A DNA stretch of 63,614 nt, filler included, from Hyphochytrium catenoides (lineage: Eukaryota > Protista > Hyphochytriomycota), in NCBI GenBank assembly GCA_900088475.1. It is 13 parts of 13 records of this genome, joined end to end, with 100 filler letters (N's around TTAATTAATTAA, not from the genome) between each part and the next. Parts side by side here need not be neighbours in the genome. Positions count along the whole stretch, not along the records: positions 1 to 3,780 come from FLMG01000076.1; positions 3,881 to 6,131 come from FLMG01003128.1; positions 6,232 to 20,725 come from FLMG01003073.1; 10 more parts are not named here. The stretch is one strand, 5' to 3'. The notes under the pieces are model-generated. The model did not search any database. It had not been told where the DNA came from and worked only from the letters and a program-made list of their open reading frames with translations. Shown in pieces: positions 1-12,623 of this stretch (within the stretch, counting starts at the first letter, position 1; the number at the start of each line of letters is the position of its first letter). The translations under genes were made by a program, and so were the position numbers.

Positions 1-958
1 AGCAAAGGTTCCTGCGCCATATGGTGATCCTCCGTGAACTTCGTCAAGGGAGAAGAGGAGAGGGGTCGCATAGCCAAGAGGGACGAAGACCATGCCGTGG
101 TGGGTGAGCTACAGAGAGAGAGAGAGAGAGAGAGAGAAGGTTAGCCGCTGGAGTTAGCATCAGGTCAGTTGTGGTTCGAGATTCTCTTCCGTTGACGAAC
201 CTGCGTGAGGGTGGTCAGGGCGGTGGTTTCCTGTCCTCCTCCAGCTGTGGCGGTGGACACGAAAATGCCAGCGGGCTTGCCGCTAAGAGATTGCCTGATA
301 AAGCGCAGCGGCAGCGAGACGAAGAAACGGGCAGTGAGACGTTAAGCAAAGAAACGCCCAAGAAAGACGAAGTTAAGGCGACAAAGAACTGGAGAGGGAA
401 GGAGTTTCCCAAGGGCAAGCCAGGCGAGAAGAAAGAAAGAGAGAGAGAAAGAGTGACCCAAAGACTCACTTAGCCCAGAGTTGCCCCGTGGCATCCCAGA
501 AGGCCTTCATCTGCGCTGGCATCTGTCCGAAACGGGTCGGGATGCCAAAGAGAAAGCCGTCCGCGTTGGGCAGATCGGCGACGTTGACAACCGGGACATC
601 CGGCTTGGCAGGCGCGTGCATCTTGCCGAGAATCTCGTCTGAGAGCGTCTCTGCCACTTGATAGAGGGTGACCTTCACACCAGGAACCTGCTCTGCGCCA
701 TCCTTGACAGCCTCGGCCATCTGGACAAAAGCGAAAGAGACGACATGGCGTCAGAAAAGGAGAAAGAGGAGTTCCTTCGTAGGTATCGGTTATGCAAGCA
801 GAGCAAGAATGAATAGAGAGAGAGAGAGAAGAAAGATAGAAAGGAGAAACAGAGAGAGAATATGTTTCTCCTGTCCAGCGTGTGGAGCTGCTGCCGCTTA
901 CCTTGTGGATATGCCCGTACATGGAATAGAAGATGAGATAAATGTGCGTCTCTGCCAT
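1..958 (-). CDS. wrbA: NAD(P)H:quinone oxidoreductase, WrbA/flavodoxin-like family (copy 1; 3' end runs off the window)
   Basis: Four GT-AG exons (958-902, 720-470, 294-201, 108-1) join in phase: [19 protein letters not shown]|MAEAVKDGA...[29 protein letters not shown]|[27 protein letters not shown]...|[13 protein letters not shown]...[14 protein letters not shown]. These are the WrbA/Pst2/FQR1 FMN-binding motifs. Confidence 0.95.
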
Positions 959-1158
959 TTCTGCTAAGTTTAGCTTAGGACTTCTTGTGAAGAGTTTTTG
1001 GAGTTGGACAGGAAGGAACGTGTCCAAGTCTTCGAAAGGGTGGGAGGACAGGAGCTCGAAGAAGAAAGTTGGCGACTGAAGATAGTCCTTCTTTCCTAGA
1101 GACCGCGTTGAGATGAGTAAGAGAAGAGAGGGAGAGAGGTCGGTAGGTCGGTAGCACA

Positions 1159-1206
<48 letters not shown>

Positions 1207-1564
1207 TGAGAGAGGGAAGAAGAAGAAAGATCGCTTCTTTGACCTTCGATCTTACAGGGCCGCAATAGAACAATAGAACTACTACGACCTCCTTGATATC
1301 TTCATGAGATTCAGATGGAAAGTGGATCTTACCCTTCGTCTCTCTCTTTCTGCCTCTCTCTCTAACGCTCTTCTCTCTTCTCTCTCCTTTTTTACTCTGT
1401 CTCTCTCTTCCAACTCTCATACTTGCTCCTCTTCACCTGTCATTTGCTCTACCTATTCTCTCTCTCTCTCCGTGTGTGTCTCCTCTGTCTGTTGCCGGTC
1501 TGTCTATCCGTCTATCCTGCTATCTGTCTGTCTTGCTACCTCTCTGTCTCTGTCTCTGTCTCTG

Positions 1565-1624
<60 letters not shown>

Positions 1625-1919
1625 CTTGCCCCTCAGCTGACAACAGCTTCTGACGTCAACCCTCCGCACCCTCCTGAAACGTCAGAAATCCCAAACACAC
1701 ATTGAAGGAGAACATCAACATCAAACGCATTTTAACCCAAAAGATACCTGCTAATAAAAGACTACACTAATCAAACGCAAACTCTAACCCAGAGTCATGT
1801 CAAGCTCAAACGTCTTTCATGAGTCGATGAAGCCAGCAAGCGGGCCTCCCCCATAATAATAGTATGCTTCTATCAGGTTCCTTTCACAGGTTAGAACTAA
1901 AGGATCCGCAGTAATAATG

Positions 1920-1990
1920 TCTAGTGAAGAGTCATTACCTTCCGAATATAAGACTCTAGTGAAGAGTCATTACCGTCCGAATATAAGAGT
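1920..1990. repeat. Two tandem copies of a ~35-bp unit (TCTAGTGAAGAGTCATTACC[T/G]TCCGAATATAAGA)
   Basis: Direct repeat visible in the sequence between the two wrbA paralogs. Confidence 0.85.
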
Positions 1991-2294
1991 CGTATGGCAC
2001 CCTAATAATTGACCCAAGATGACTCTTAAGTTTATCCGAGGTTTATAGCGCCTGGCCGAATATACCGGAAGGTGAGCATCGATGAGACAGAGCTCGAGAC
2101 AGAGGGAACTGAGCAAGTGTCTATATAAAGGGAGGACAAGGGAGAGAAACGAAGAGATACAGATATCTGAAGTCAAGGCGTGGAAGTAAAATGACCTTTG
2201 ATTGGCCATCAAAGAGAGAGAGAAAGAGAGAGAGGTAGAGCTAGAGAGAGAGAGAGAAAGAGAGGTAGAGCTAGAAAGAGAGAGAGAATAAGAA

Positions 2295-2341
<47 letters not shown>

Positions 2342-2381
2342 GAGGTAGAGCTAGAGAGAGAGAGAGAAAGAGAGAGAGAGA

Positions 2382-2429
<48 letters not shown>

Positions 2430-2441
2430 AAGAGAAAGAGA

Positions 2442-2481
<40 letters not shown>

Positions 2482-3390
2482 CAGTGGAGAGAGAAAGCAA
2501 AAGAATGGGAGAGAGAGAACAGAAAGCGGAGAACCCGGAGAGAGAAAGCGAGCGAGCGAGGCAGAAAGGTACTGGTGAGAGGTGAGGAGAAAGCAGGAAA
2601 GAGTAACGCAATGACACCATCAACAGCAGGAGGGAGGGCTCTCTGTTGGCTGATGCGCTGCTAGGAGAAGACGTGGCGTGGCGACAGCGGATAACGCCGC
2701 TGTCCTCAGCATTCTTTCTCAGTTCTTCCCCTTCCTCCTCATCCTCGCCACATTATCAGCTCCACGAGAGAGAGAGGGATAGCTCTCCTCCTGCTTGCGG
2801 AGCACTAGGAAGTGAAGAACTCTCCCCTCCGCGTCAACTGGTTTCTTGCCTCTTCTTTCGCCTTCTCTCTTTCTCTTTCCTCTTCTGTTTCTCACATGCA
2901 CAGGGGGACCCACGCGGCCGGTGCAGGGCCCAGTCTACTTCCTGAGTAGATGATGCGGGTCTTGCAGAAAGCGGCTCCTCGGCTTGAAGGACAAGAGAGA
3001 GAGTGTGAGTCTGTGAGAGAGAGAAAGAGAAAAGAGAGAGACGGCGCCCGTGCAGAAGAAGCTTCGTCTTTTGTCTTTAGATCTGCTGGGCCGATATAAG
3101 CATTAAGCAACGCTATATTCTGTCTCTTGGTTGTCACATGCTATCACCTACAGGTTCTCTTTTAGAGTCTCTCTCTTCTCCACCCACTCTTTGTTCTCTT
3201 CTTTCTCTCCCTCTCTCTTTTCTCCTCTCCCTCTTTCTGTGTCTCTCTCCCTCTTTCAGTCGCACACTCCCTTGCGTTCCGCTCTCCCGCCTTCTCTCTC
3301 TCTCTCTCCTCTCTGGGTCCCGCTGTCCTCTTTAGCATAACGCTTCGCTCTCTCTCCTTGCCGTCCCCCGCACTCTACACTGTCTTCTCT

Positions 3391-3618
3391 TTATGCTTTT
3401 GCTTTATCTTTTCCTCTCTTCATCTGCTTCGCGAACTTTGCAAAGCGCTGCCCTTGCTCCTTTGCCAGCTCGAGCTCCAGGTCCGAGGGCTGGCGGCTGC
3501 CGTCTCCGCCTGCCAAAGTGCCCGCGCCATAGGCGCTGCCGCCGTGCACTTCTTCAAGGCTCCGTTGCAATGGAGAAGGGTAGCCGAGAGGGACGAATAC
3601 TATTCCGTGGTGGGTGAG
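3391..3618 (-). CDS. wrbA: WrbA-family quinone oxidoreductase, copy 2, last exon only (not in the ORF track)
   Basis: After a TAG acceptor the frame reads LTHHGIVFVPLGYPSPLQRSLEEVHGGSAYGAGTLAGGDGSRQPSDLELELAKEQGQRFAKFAKQMKRGKDKAKA*. The intron position before LTHHG matches copy 1. Confidence 0.93.
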   Translation of the reverse strand, partial: LTHHGIVFVPLGYPSPLQRSLEEVHGGSAYGAGTLAGGDGSRQPSDLELELAKEQGQRFAKFAKQMKRGKDKAKA

Positions 3619-3780
3619 CTAGCGCGATGAGAAGAAGAAGAAGAAGAGGAAGAGAGAGAGCGAAACGGCAGAGAGAGAGAGAGAGACGGCAGAGAGAGAG
3701 AGAGTTACGGCAGAGAGAGAGAGAGAGACGGCAGAGAGAGAGAGAGTTACGGCAGAGAGAGAGAGAAAGAGAGAGAGAGA

Positions 3781-3880
3781 NNNNNNNNNNNNNNNNNNNN
3801 NNNNNNNNNNNNNNNNNNNNNNNNTTAATTAATTAANNNNNNNNNNNNNNNNNNNNNNNNNNNNNNNNNNNNNNNNNNNN
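3781..3880. other. Artificial contig linker N44-TTAATTAATTAA-N44; identical linkers at 6132-6231, 20726-20825, 31100-31199, 41734-41833, 43120-43219, 44366-44465, 52654-52753, 55142-55241, 56860-56959, 59774-59873, 62088-62187
   Basis: The same 100-nt structure, with stops in all six frames, occurs 12 times, and genes are truncated at these points. Confidence 0.98.
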
Positions 3881-4102
3881 TCTCTCTCTCTCTCTCTCTC
3901 TCGCGTCCATCATCTTCCCTCCAACACGATCCGAGTGAACTGCTGGACTTATACACATTCCTGACTCTCTACCTGTGTCTCTCTCTCTTCTCGTTATTCC
4001 TTTTACCTTCATCCTCTTTCTCTTCTGTGCGCCACTCACTCCTTCTCTTCCTCTCTCTCTCTCTGTATTACTCTTATTCGCTGCCTGGCCGTTCAGCTGC
4101 AG

Positions 4103-4745
4103 ATTGCTGACAGTTGGCAGTCTACGGACGTGGATCGGGAGTTATACTCCGCCATCTGTCGAAGAATAGAAGGTGCGCTGATAGAGTTGGAAGAGAAGGC
4201 ATACGCGACCCTTGACAACTATCAGCCCACTGCGCTAGAGATCTCCACTGAAAGGTAAGAACTCTCTCTCTCTTGCTCTCCCTTCTTGTTTAACCTCGTA
4301 TACATTGGAAGTGTCTCTCTGTCTCGCCTCTCCGCACTTTTCTCTTCTTCACCATTCAGCCGCTACCTCATAACCTTTGGATACATTAACTCTCCCTCTC
4401 TCTCGTCTCTCTCTCTCTTTTCTCTTCTTCACCATCCAAGCGCTCCTCCTATAGCCCTATGCTCATAGTGCTGTTTTTGACTCTACAACTCGCTGTTCCC
4501 ATGTACATCTCTGTCTCTCTTTCTGCTGCTATTGATGTGCTAAACGCCCAGCCCTAACGCTTCTTCCTCCAATGTCCTTGCTACCTCTGTGGCAGGTTCC
4601 GTCAGCGACTTTTGAATGACAAGGAGAGGGCCAAGGAACTGGCTGAGGGTGCTAAGAGAAAGCTAAAGGAGAAAAAGCAGATGCTGAATGACACGAAAGA
4701 CGCAATGGTGGCAGAGCAGCAGCAGGCTCTTGACCGATGTAAATA

Positions 4746-4746
<1 letters not shown>
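4103..4746 (+). CDS. 3' end of an unknown coiled-coil protein (2 exons)
   Basis: Exons 4103-4254 and 4596-4746 have CAG/GT boundaries, a CTAAC branch point and a phase-2 join: IADSWQSTDVDRELYSAICRRIEGALIELEEKAY...R|FRQRLLNDKERAKELAEGAKRKLKEKKQMLND...*. Confidence 0.65.
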
Positions 4747-4776
<30 letters not shown>

Positions 4777-4906
4777 CTGGCTCTTCTCAGCATTTCTTGT
4801 AGGACCAGCACTGCCACTAACATTTCATTATAATCGCTTAATCATCCTTCACTTCCATCACTCGCTTTCACTGCGGTTCCATCATCCTTGTTGCTGCGCC
4901 CAGTGA

Positions 4907-6024
4907 TCACTGGTCAGGGTCAGTAGAGTCAGCGCTGATGTTCATGTCCAGCTCTGAGTCGAAGATGCGTCGGTAGAGGTCCAGAACATCGTTCGCAGCG
5001 GTCTCAAAGTGACTGAGAAAGAGAGAGAACGGAAGAGGTGGCAGTGGATTGAGACAATGCGTTAGCGTTTGGGGCAAGCTGGAGATATCGTGAAAGCGCG
5101 CTCAGGGGGATAAGAGAGAACTAAAAGCAATGATGAAGGCGACGAAGAGAGAGAGAGACAGAGAGGTGGGACGATATGATACCTGGTAGCGTCATAGGAC
5201 TTGCTGATGTAGCAGTTGTCAATCTTTCCGCTGTCCACCGGCTCATACGTGTCCTCTACCGAGTCAAACCTGAAAGCACCGCATAAGCCACGTCAGCCAG
5301 AGCCCATCAGTTAAATGAAGAAGGAGCGTCTCGATAAAAAGGGGATAGGGAAAAGTGTAAGGGAGAGAGAAAGCGGGAACAAGGGAACAAATCGCAATGA
5401 GAGCAGAACAGTGCTCTCCGGTCTGGGTGTATGCGAAGAAGAGAAAGGGGCAAGAGAACGCTAACAGAATCACAAAGCACTCATTATCACATCGAAGTAC
5501 CAATGCGGATAAGCAAAGCATGCAGCAGAACGCACCTCTCTAGCACTGGCCCAAGGAGGTTGATGCCGCTCTGGACTTCAGCAATAGGGTCACCCGTCTC
5601 CACCTGCAAGAGAGAACAAGGAAAGAGAAAATGGAGTTACGAGGTGACAATGGTCGATTAGACATATCCTAGGCGGGTGATCCAAAGAAATGAACGACTG
5701 TGTGGAGTTCGCAAGACAGAGCGGGCGAGAGAGGGGGAGAAGGGAGAGTCCTCTTGGTAAGGTGTGGGCGACGCAGAAGAGACAACGTCCAAAGCCCACG
5801 ACCATAAATATTCCCATTAGAGAAACGCGTATATAAAATCCACATAAGAAGGGAGGAGGACGAGGAAGAGAAAGACAGAAGGAGAGAGAGTGAGAAACAG
5901 AGAGAAAGAGAGACTTTGAAAGAGAGACAAGACAGCCCGTCTCCTACCGTGGTGCTGACAATTGCGATCCACACGTTCTTCGGTGCGACTTGATGTGCAT
6001 AGGACACAGAGGCTACGTAGACAT
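4907..6024 (-). CDS. GDI1: Rab GDP dissociation inhibitor, last four exons
   Basis: Exons 6024-5948, 5603-5536, 5269-5183 and 5012-4907 join in phase: VYVASVSYAHQVAPKNVWIAIVSTT|VETGDPIAEVQSGINLLGPVLER|FDSVEDTYEPVDSGKIDNCYISKSYDATS|HFETAANDVLDLYRRIFDSELDM...*. SYDATSHFE is the Rab-GDI C-terminal signature. Confidence 0.94.
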
Positions 6025-6329
6025 CTAAAACGTATCAAGGCAGCGGGACAAGAGGGAGGCAACGGCGTCAACAAAGACTTTTGAACTGATATGTAAAGAC
6101 AAAGAGCTCCACAACCGACTACTCTTGGAGGNNNNNNNNNNNNNNNNNNNNNNNNNNNNNNNNNNNNNNNNNNNNTTAATTAATTAANNNNNNNNNNNNN
6201 NNNNNNNNNNNNNNNNNNNNNNNNNNNNNNNGTTGGTTCTATGTACAAATGAAGCGTATTCTTCCTTCAGCAGTTGGAGCCGGCTCTTGCTGTGCATGAT
6301 TGAGCGCCATGTTGATGATAGTCTCAGCG

Positions 6330-9300
6330 CCACGCCCTCTTCTTCTTCTCCTTCGTCTTCTATCATTATTGCCGAGGAGGATGTTTACAAATGATTCTTC
6401 TTCCTTTTCCGAGGATGATGGTGGAGGAGGAGAGTGTGTTGAATAAGGAAGAGTCCAGGACTTTGTAGCTGTTGTCTCTTCTTCAACTTCTTTCTTCTTC
6501 TCGTCTACCTCTTCTTCTGTCCCTTCTTGTTCTTGTCCTTGTTCTTCTTTACTTCTTATTATAATCATTATTGCCGAGGATGTTCACAAATGATTCTTCT
6601 TCCTTTTCCGAGGATGATGGTGGAGGAGGAGAGTCTGTTGAATAAAGAAGAGTCCAGGACTTTGTAGCTGTTGGCTCTTCTTCAATTTCTTCTTCTTCTC
6701 GTCTCCTTCTTCTTCTGTCCCTTCTTCTTCTTGTCCTTGTTCTTCTTCTTTACTTTCTTATTAGTTATAAAGACTCGCTACAATGTATATAAAGCCTTCC
6801 TTCTAAGGAAGACGAAAGTCACTAGGTCAACAATGAGAAAAAAAAAGATTAAGAGGAAGAATGCTGCACAAAGAAACAACAAGGGTAGAAAGAGTGCTGT
6901 CCTTGGGCGCCATCGCGTCTTTTTCTTAGTTCTACTTTGACGCTGTGATAACCCTGATCATAAGGGAACTCTGATGGGACGTGAAGAGGGAGGAACAGTA
7001 GGGTGGTCATCACGTTCCTAGTTTACTACGGCGGCGCTGCTTACTTGCATTTTGTAGGTCAAGCATTCCTTTCTTTCCATTTTCGTTTATCATCATAACG
7101 AGCCTACTACGAGGAGGACATTGGGCAGCAGCTCTTCCTCATCCACAGCCACCGTCCAATGCCCCATACGTAAAAAGCGAGGTCGGGCCTCTGATGATGA
7201 TCGTCAACAACCTGCTGCCTGCTGCAGGAGAGTTGACAGCCTCTGTGCATATTTACATCTCCCTTTCCCACAGGACAACATATATAGCAGACTAACTGGG
7301 CGGCCAGAGCGTCAAACACATGCTTGAAGACTCCTCAACTCATTCTGACGCCGCGGGAATGGACAAAAAATGGACCAGGGGACCGGTCAGCCTCCTCTAT
7401 CATTATATGGCTTAAGATCCCATAGTGGAGTATGGCTACATGTTTGCTCTCCTGTACAGTTGTATGGTTAAGCTGCCCGAGAGGATGATTATTAGAAGGA
7501 GTATATAGCGAGCTGCAAGCTTGGCGGGCGGAGGGGTCCTTGTGATTTGTCTGTTTATCGTCCGTTCTTTCTATGCTGTTCTTGGTCTAATAATGCGTGA
7601 GGACCAAGAACCAACATGGTTGGGCTCTTCTCAGACCCGAGTGCATGACCAGAAGCGGAGCTCCGGAGTCATGATGGCCTGTAACTCCGACGGGCAATCC
7701 TTGCCATACAATCTTCAAACAAAATGAAGTTGTGACGTGCTACTACCGCCGAGACGTTCTGTGTGACAGCAGAATGACACACCACACCCTGACTCTATCA
7801 TTTTAATAAGCAGAAGTTTGGACAGAAGTAGAAGGAGAAACGAGTAGCACCATCGACAGAATGACAAATATTGGACCAGACGCACACAGCCACTCAGCTC
7901 GTCAAGGCTCAAACCTTCAACCCTTTGGCCCCTCCTCTTCTCCTCCTCCGTCTTCTATCGTTATTATTGCCGACGAAGAGTTCAACAATGATTCTTCTTC
8001 TTCCTTTTCTGAGGATGATGGTGGAGGAGGAGGAAAACGTGGTGAAGCAGAATCCAGGACTTTGTAGCTCGGGTCTCTTCTTCATTTTCTTCTCCTTCTT
8101 CTTCTCCTACTCCTCCTTCTTCTCTTTCTTCTCCTCCTTCTTCCTCTCCTCCTCCTTCTTCTTCTTCTCCTCCCTCTTCTTCTTCTGCTGTCCCTTCTTT
8201 ATCTGTTACTGTTTCTTCCTTCTTCTTTCTTCGTAGAATAACGATTAGGTCTTTCTTCATAGAATAATAACGATTAGGTCTTTCTTCTTTAAAGAGACTA
8301 CGAGGAGGAGCGAAGTTGGCAGCTCTTTCCTCTTCACCTAGAGCCTCCGTCGTCCCCATTCCCATCAGACAAACAAGAAGGAAGGGGGGGGTTCAGATCC
8401 TCCTCTGCTGCATAAAGAAGGAGGAGGATCGTCCGAGGCAGCAGCCTGCTGGAAGAGTAAATTCGGAGAGTCTGAGAGTTTCTTCTCTGCTCTCTTTCGT
8501 GAGCTCCTCTGTTTGTTGCCGTTCAGCTCTTACTTTAGGATCCAGAGTCTGTGATAAATCATAACTCCTCATTAGTCTCGGCGGATCATGTGAAAATGTG
8601 GAATATTAGGGAGGATGGGCCGATATCTAGGCTGGAATCGAGGACAACCTCGGTCGGCATGTCCATAATATTCGGCCCCGACCCAACAAACGGGACTCCG
8701 CATGCTACCTCCTCACAACTTTCGGTCTCTAGGAGCTATTATGACCGGTGACGATGGTTCATGGTCCTGCATACTGAAAACAGAAAGTTAAAGGAGCAGT
8801 TAGTTTCGTATTTTGGGATAGCTTTCCTTGTCGTTTTCATTGCCTATCTACCACTGCTCAAAAGGACGGAAGACGAACGCCAAGAAAAAGAAAAGGACAA
8901 GAGGATACCGAATTGAAGAGAAGAAGACAAACAAAAGAGAAAAGAAAGAAGACGAGGAAGAGAAGAAGGAAAAGAATGGAATGGAGAAGGGGAAGACGAA
9001 GAGAAGAAGAACAAGCATAAGGACAGAAAAAAGGAGGAGGAGAAAAGGAGGACAAAGAAAAGAAAAAAAGAAGAAAGAAAAAGAGGAGGAAGACGAAGAG
9101 AAGACGAACAAGTAAAAGGAAAGAATGAGAAGAGAAGAAAAGGAGGACGAAGAAAAGAAGAAAAAAAAAGAAAGAAGAGGAATTGGAAGACGGAGAGAAA
9201 AAGAACAAGCATAAGGAAAGAAAAAAGAAGAAGAAGAAAAGGAGGACAAAGAAAAGAAAGAAGAAAGAAAAAGCGGAGGAAGACGAAGAGAAGAAGAACA

Positions 9301-9710
9301 AGTAAAAGGAAAGAACGAAAACAGAAGAAAAGAAAAACAAAGAAAAGAAGAAAAAAGAAAGAAGAAGAAGAGGAAGGCGAAGAGAAAAAGAACAAGCATA
9401 AGGAAAGAAAAAAGAAGAAGAAACGGAGTACAAAGAAAAGAAAGAAAGAAAAAAGACAAAGAGGAGGAAGACGAAGAGAAGAAGAACAAGTAAAAGGAAA
9501 GAATGAGAACAAAAAAAGAAAAGGAGGACGGAGAAAAGAAGAGAAAAAAGAAAGAAGAAGAAGAGGAAGACGAAGAGAAGAAGAAAATAGAGAAACGACA
9601 GAAGAGGAAGAGGAAACAACTAGAGCCGCAAAAGTCTTGGTCTCTTCATCATCAGCTCTGTTCTTTTCTCCACCATCGTTATCCGAAGAAGAAGAATCAT
9701 AGTTGATCTT
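6330..9710. repeat. Degenerate dispersed repeat family (core AATGATTCTTCTTCCTTTTCCGAGGATGATGGTGGAGGAGGA...TCCAGGACTTTGTAGCT)
   Basis: Copies at about 6360-6470, 6565-6670 and 7950-8070 (+), with a diverged inverted copy at about 9620-9705. A second module is repeated at about 7105-7235 and 8296-8462. Confidence 0.8.
8990..9580. repeat. Purine-rich higher-order tandem repeat (~190-bp dimer of ~95-bp subunits)
   Basis: Anchors alternate between AACAAGCATAAGGA (about 9010, 9205, 9391) and AACAAGTAAAAGGA (about 9107, 9297, 9485). Confidence 0.8.
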
Positions 9711-10096
9711 ATCGTCCAAGGTGCCAGACGCCAGAAGGAGAACAAAAGCAAGAAGGCCAAAGACTAGCGGAAAGAAAGACAGGCTTTCTCTCTCTCCTCT
9801 CTCTTTGTGCCTTTGTCTCTCTCTGTTTATAGCTTTTACTACTCTGTCTCTTGATGGGATAATTCTATTAAGTAGCGTCGGCCTCTCTCTCTCTGCCATC
9901 TATCTCTTCAGCTCTATCTATCGCTCTATCTAGTCTTTCCCTCCGTCTCTATCTATCTCTCTCTCACGCGCGCGCTGTCTCTCTCTCTCTCCATCTCTCT
10001 GTCTCTCCCTGTCTCTCGGTCGCTCTCCTCCTCTTATCTCCATATAGGCTCTCTCTTCTCTCCGCTCTTGCTCTATATCCACTCTTCTTTCGCACG

Positions 10097-10155
<59 letters not shown>

Positions 10156-11130
10156 CTCTCTCTCTCTGTTTTGCCTGTTCAAGCCTCGGGATTTCTCTCC
10201 GTTTGTTCTCGATCTCTCTATTCTTTGTTCCCTCTCCTCTCTTTTCTGTCTAGTTTAACGATTCCTCTCTTCTCTTCTCTCTTCGGAAGCTATCCCTTCT
10301 TCATGCTTCTGCCACTTCGTCTGTCTAGTCCTCTTCTCTTTCGCTCTCTCTCCCCTCTCTGTCTCCTCTTCTGCCCTCTATCTCCTGAGCTCTCCCATTA
10401 CTTATCTTCTTCTACTCTCTCGTCTATTTCTTGTCTTCAAAAGTCTGATGGTCTGCCACTCTTGACGTTAGTTCTTACTCCCCTTCCCTCCCTCTCCCTC
10501 TCTGACTTTCCCTCTCACTTTTCTCTCTTCTGACTCGTATCTTCTCTCTCTTAATCAGTTCTGTTTCCATCTTCTTGCTTCTCTCTTCTCCACGTTTTCT
10601 TATCTAACTACCTATCACTGTTCTCTCTTCTCTCTCTCGTCCTCTCTCTTTCTTAACTGTCGTCTTCCCCTTCAACAACTACTCCATAAATCTATGAAGA
10701 AGGAGAAGAGAGAGAGGGCATAGCAACTTGTTAGAAGAGAGATAGATATGAGAGAAAGAAAGGAGAGAGAGAGAGTCAAACAGAATGTGGAAAGAAAGAG
10801 GCAGTAGATGAGGCACCGATAATCCACTAAAATTATGAGAGTCAGCCAAAGGCAATGAAGGAGATAGAGAGGCTCCTGTATGAGGTGAAAGGAGACATTG
10901 GAGAAGACAGCAATGGCAGAAACAAAATTTCTAACGGTAAATATTAGATATAGGGAGAGAGAGAGTGAGAGAGAGAGAGTGAGAGAGAGAGAGTGAGAGA
11001 GAGATGGAAAGGGGGAGAGAGAGAGAGAGGGAGACCAAAACTATATAGCAAGAGGAAATAAAAAAAAGAGAGCGGAGAGCACTTTTGAATGGAGAGAAAG
11101 CTCCAGANNNNNNNNCAGTATGTGCCAAAG

Positions 11131-11174
<44 letters not shown>

Positions 11175-12623
11175 CCGGCCTTTGGCTCTCTTCTCTTCTC
11201 TTCCCTCTCGCCCATTCCCCTTATTCTCATCGTCCATAGCATCCTCACCGAATTCTGGTAGACAGAGGAGAGATAAAATGGCTCAAACCCTATGGCTTTC
11301 TCCTTCTGCGAGAGGTGGTGGCAGGCGCCTTGAAAGGAGGAGAAAGTCGCTCTTTCTCCCTCTCTCCTATTGTTATAGCTGTAGGAGTCCTATGTCTCTT
11401 CCTATTCTAATAACGATGGTAGAGAAGGAGAAAAAGATGAGTTTCGTAGGTCTTGCCCCCTCTTTTCTTGTCTCTCTTTCTCCTTGTTCCTCTTCTTCTT
11501 CCCGTCTCCTCCTCCTCGGTCTTTTTCTTTTCTTCCTTCTTCCGTCCATCCCTCGTTTTCCCTTTCTTCATCTTCCTTCTTCTTCTTCTATTTTTTTGTT
11601 CCTTCTTCCCTGCTTCTTTATTATATTTTCTTTCGATCTTCTCCTTCTCTCCCTTTCCTCCGTCTCCTTCTTCTTCCTGGTTCCCTTTCTTCCCTTTTCT
11701 TCTTCTTCCTGTTTCTTCTTCTTCCTCCTCTTATTTTCTTCGTCTTCTCATCCTTCCTTTTCTTTTCTTTTTCCTCGTCCTCCTCTTCTTCTCTCTTCTT
11801 CTTCTTCTTCTTCTTCTTTTCTTCTTCTTCTTCTTCTTCTTCTTCTTCTTCTTCTTTTCTTCTTCTTCTTCTTCCTCTTCTTTTCTTCTTCTTCTTCTCA
11901 TTCTTCCTTCTTTTCGTTTTCCTCGTCCTCTTCCTCTTCCTTCTTCTTCTTCTTCTTCTTCTTCCTCCTCTTCTTTTCTTCTTCTTCTCCTTGTTTTTCT
12001 TCCTCTTCTTTTTCTTCTTCTTTTCCTTCTTCTTCGTAGTATTTGCTGGATTATTTTATCATCTTATAGAAAGGATTGAATAAAGGGAAATACGTCTTTG
12101 TCTTTGGCTCTCGCTCTCCGTCTGGGAGGGTGCGGGGAGTGACAATGGCGCGGGGGGAGGTGGTTGGGGGATTTGCACCGCAGGCAAGCTCTCTCTATTA
12201 CCAAGAGTAGTTAAGACGGTGAGGAACCCCGCTGCCCCCACCCTGCCGATTCCCCCTCCCAAGGAGTGCTTCCTAAGCAACAACACTCCTCGTAAGCGAT
12301 AAATCCTTATTAAACACACCTCCACCATACAGAATCACGCTGCAAACTCTAATATTCTCCATACAACGATCCACTTCCTTACCCCACTGCAATGGGGAGA
12401 AGAACCGCGGGTAATAAGCGCCAAGAAAAGCTGTGATGACCTAGGGTGGCATGGACTTTCCTCTGCGTGGCGTCCATGGGAACAGGTGACTCGCTGACCT
12501 CCCTCGTAAGGAGACATCTAGAAGAAGTACGGAAGAGCTCCATCCTCCATCATCCCCCGCTCCACCAGGAGACCCACTCTCTTTTCCCCGGAATATCCGG
12601 AGCTTCTAAGAGGTATAAGAGAG

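Noticed and set aside
470-1420. 316-aa minus ORF containing the WrbA N-terminus
   Set aside because: It is read-through of UTR microsatellite and intron; the real gene starts at 958 and is spliced.
2198-2623. RERERE / SLSLSL ORFs here and throughout (e.g. 42051-43171, 46024-46952, 47376-47859)
   Set aside because: They are translations of (GA)n/(CT)n microsatellites, which simply lack stop codons.
8844-12083. Long Phe/Ser/Leu-rich ORFs of 199-351 aa in several frames
   Set aside because: They come from degenerate TTC tracts that are open in multiple frames at once; there is no coding signal.
12124-12260. G-rich then C-rich tract downstream of the NHL gene (G-quadruplex or hairpin)
   Set aside because: Complementarity is only compositional and no specific structure can be supported.
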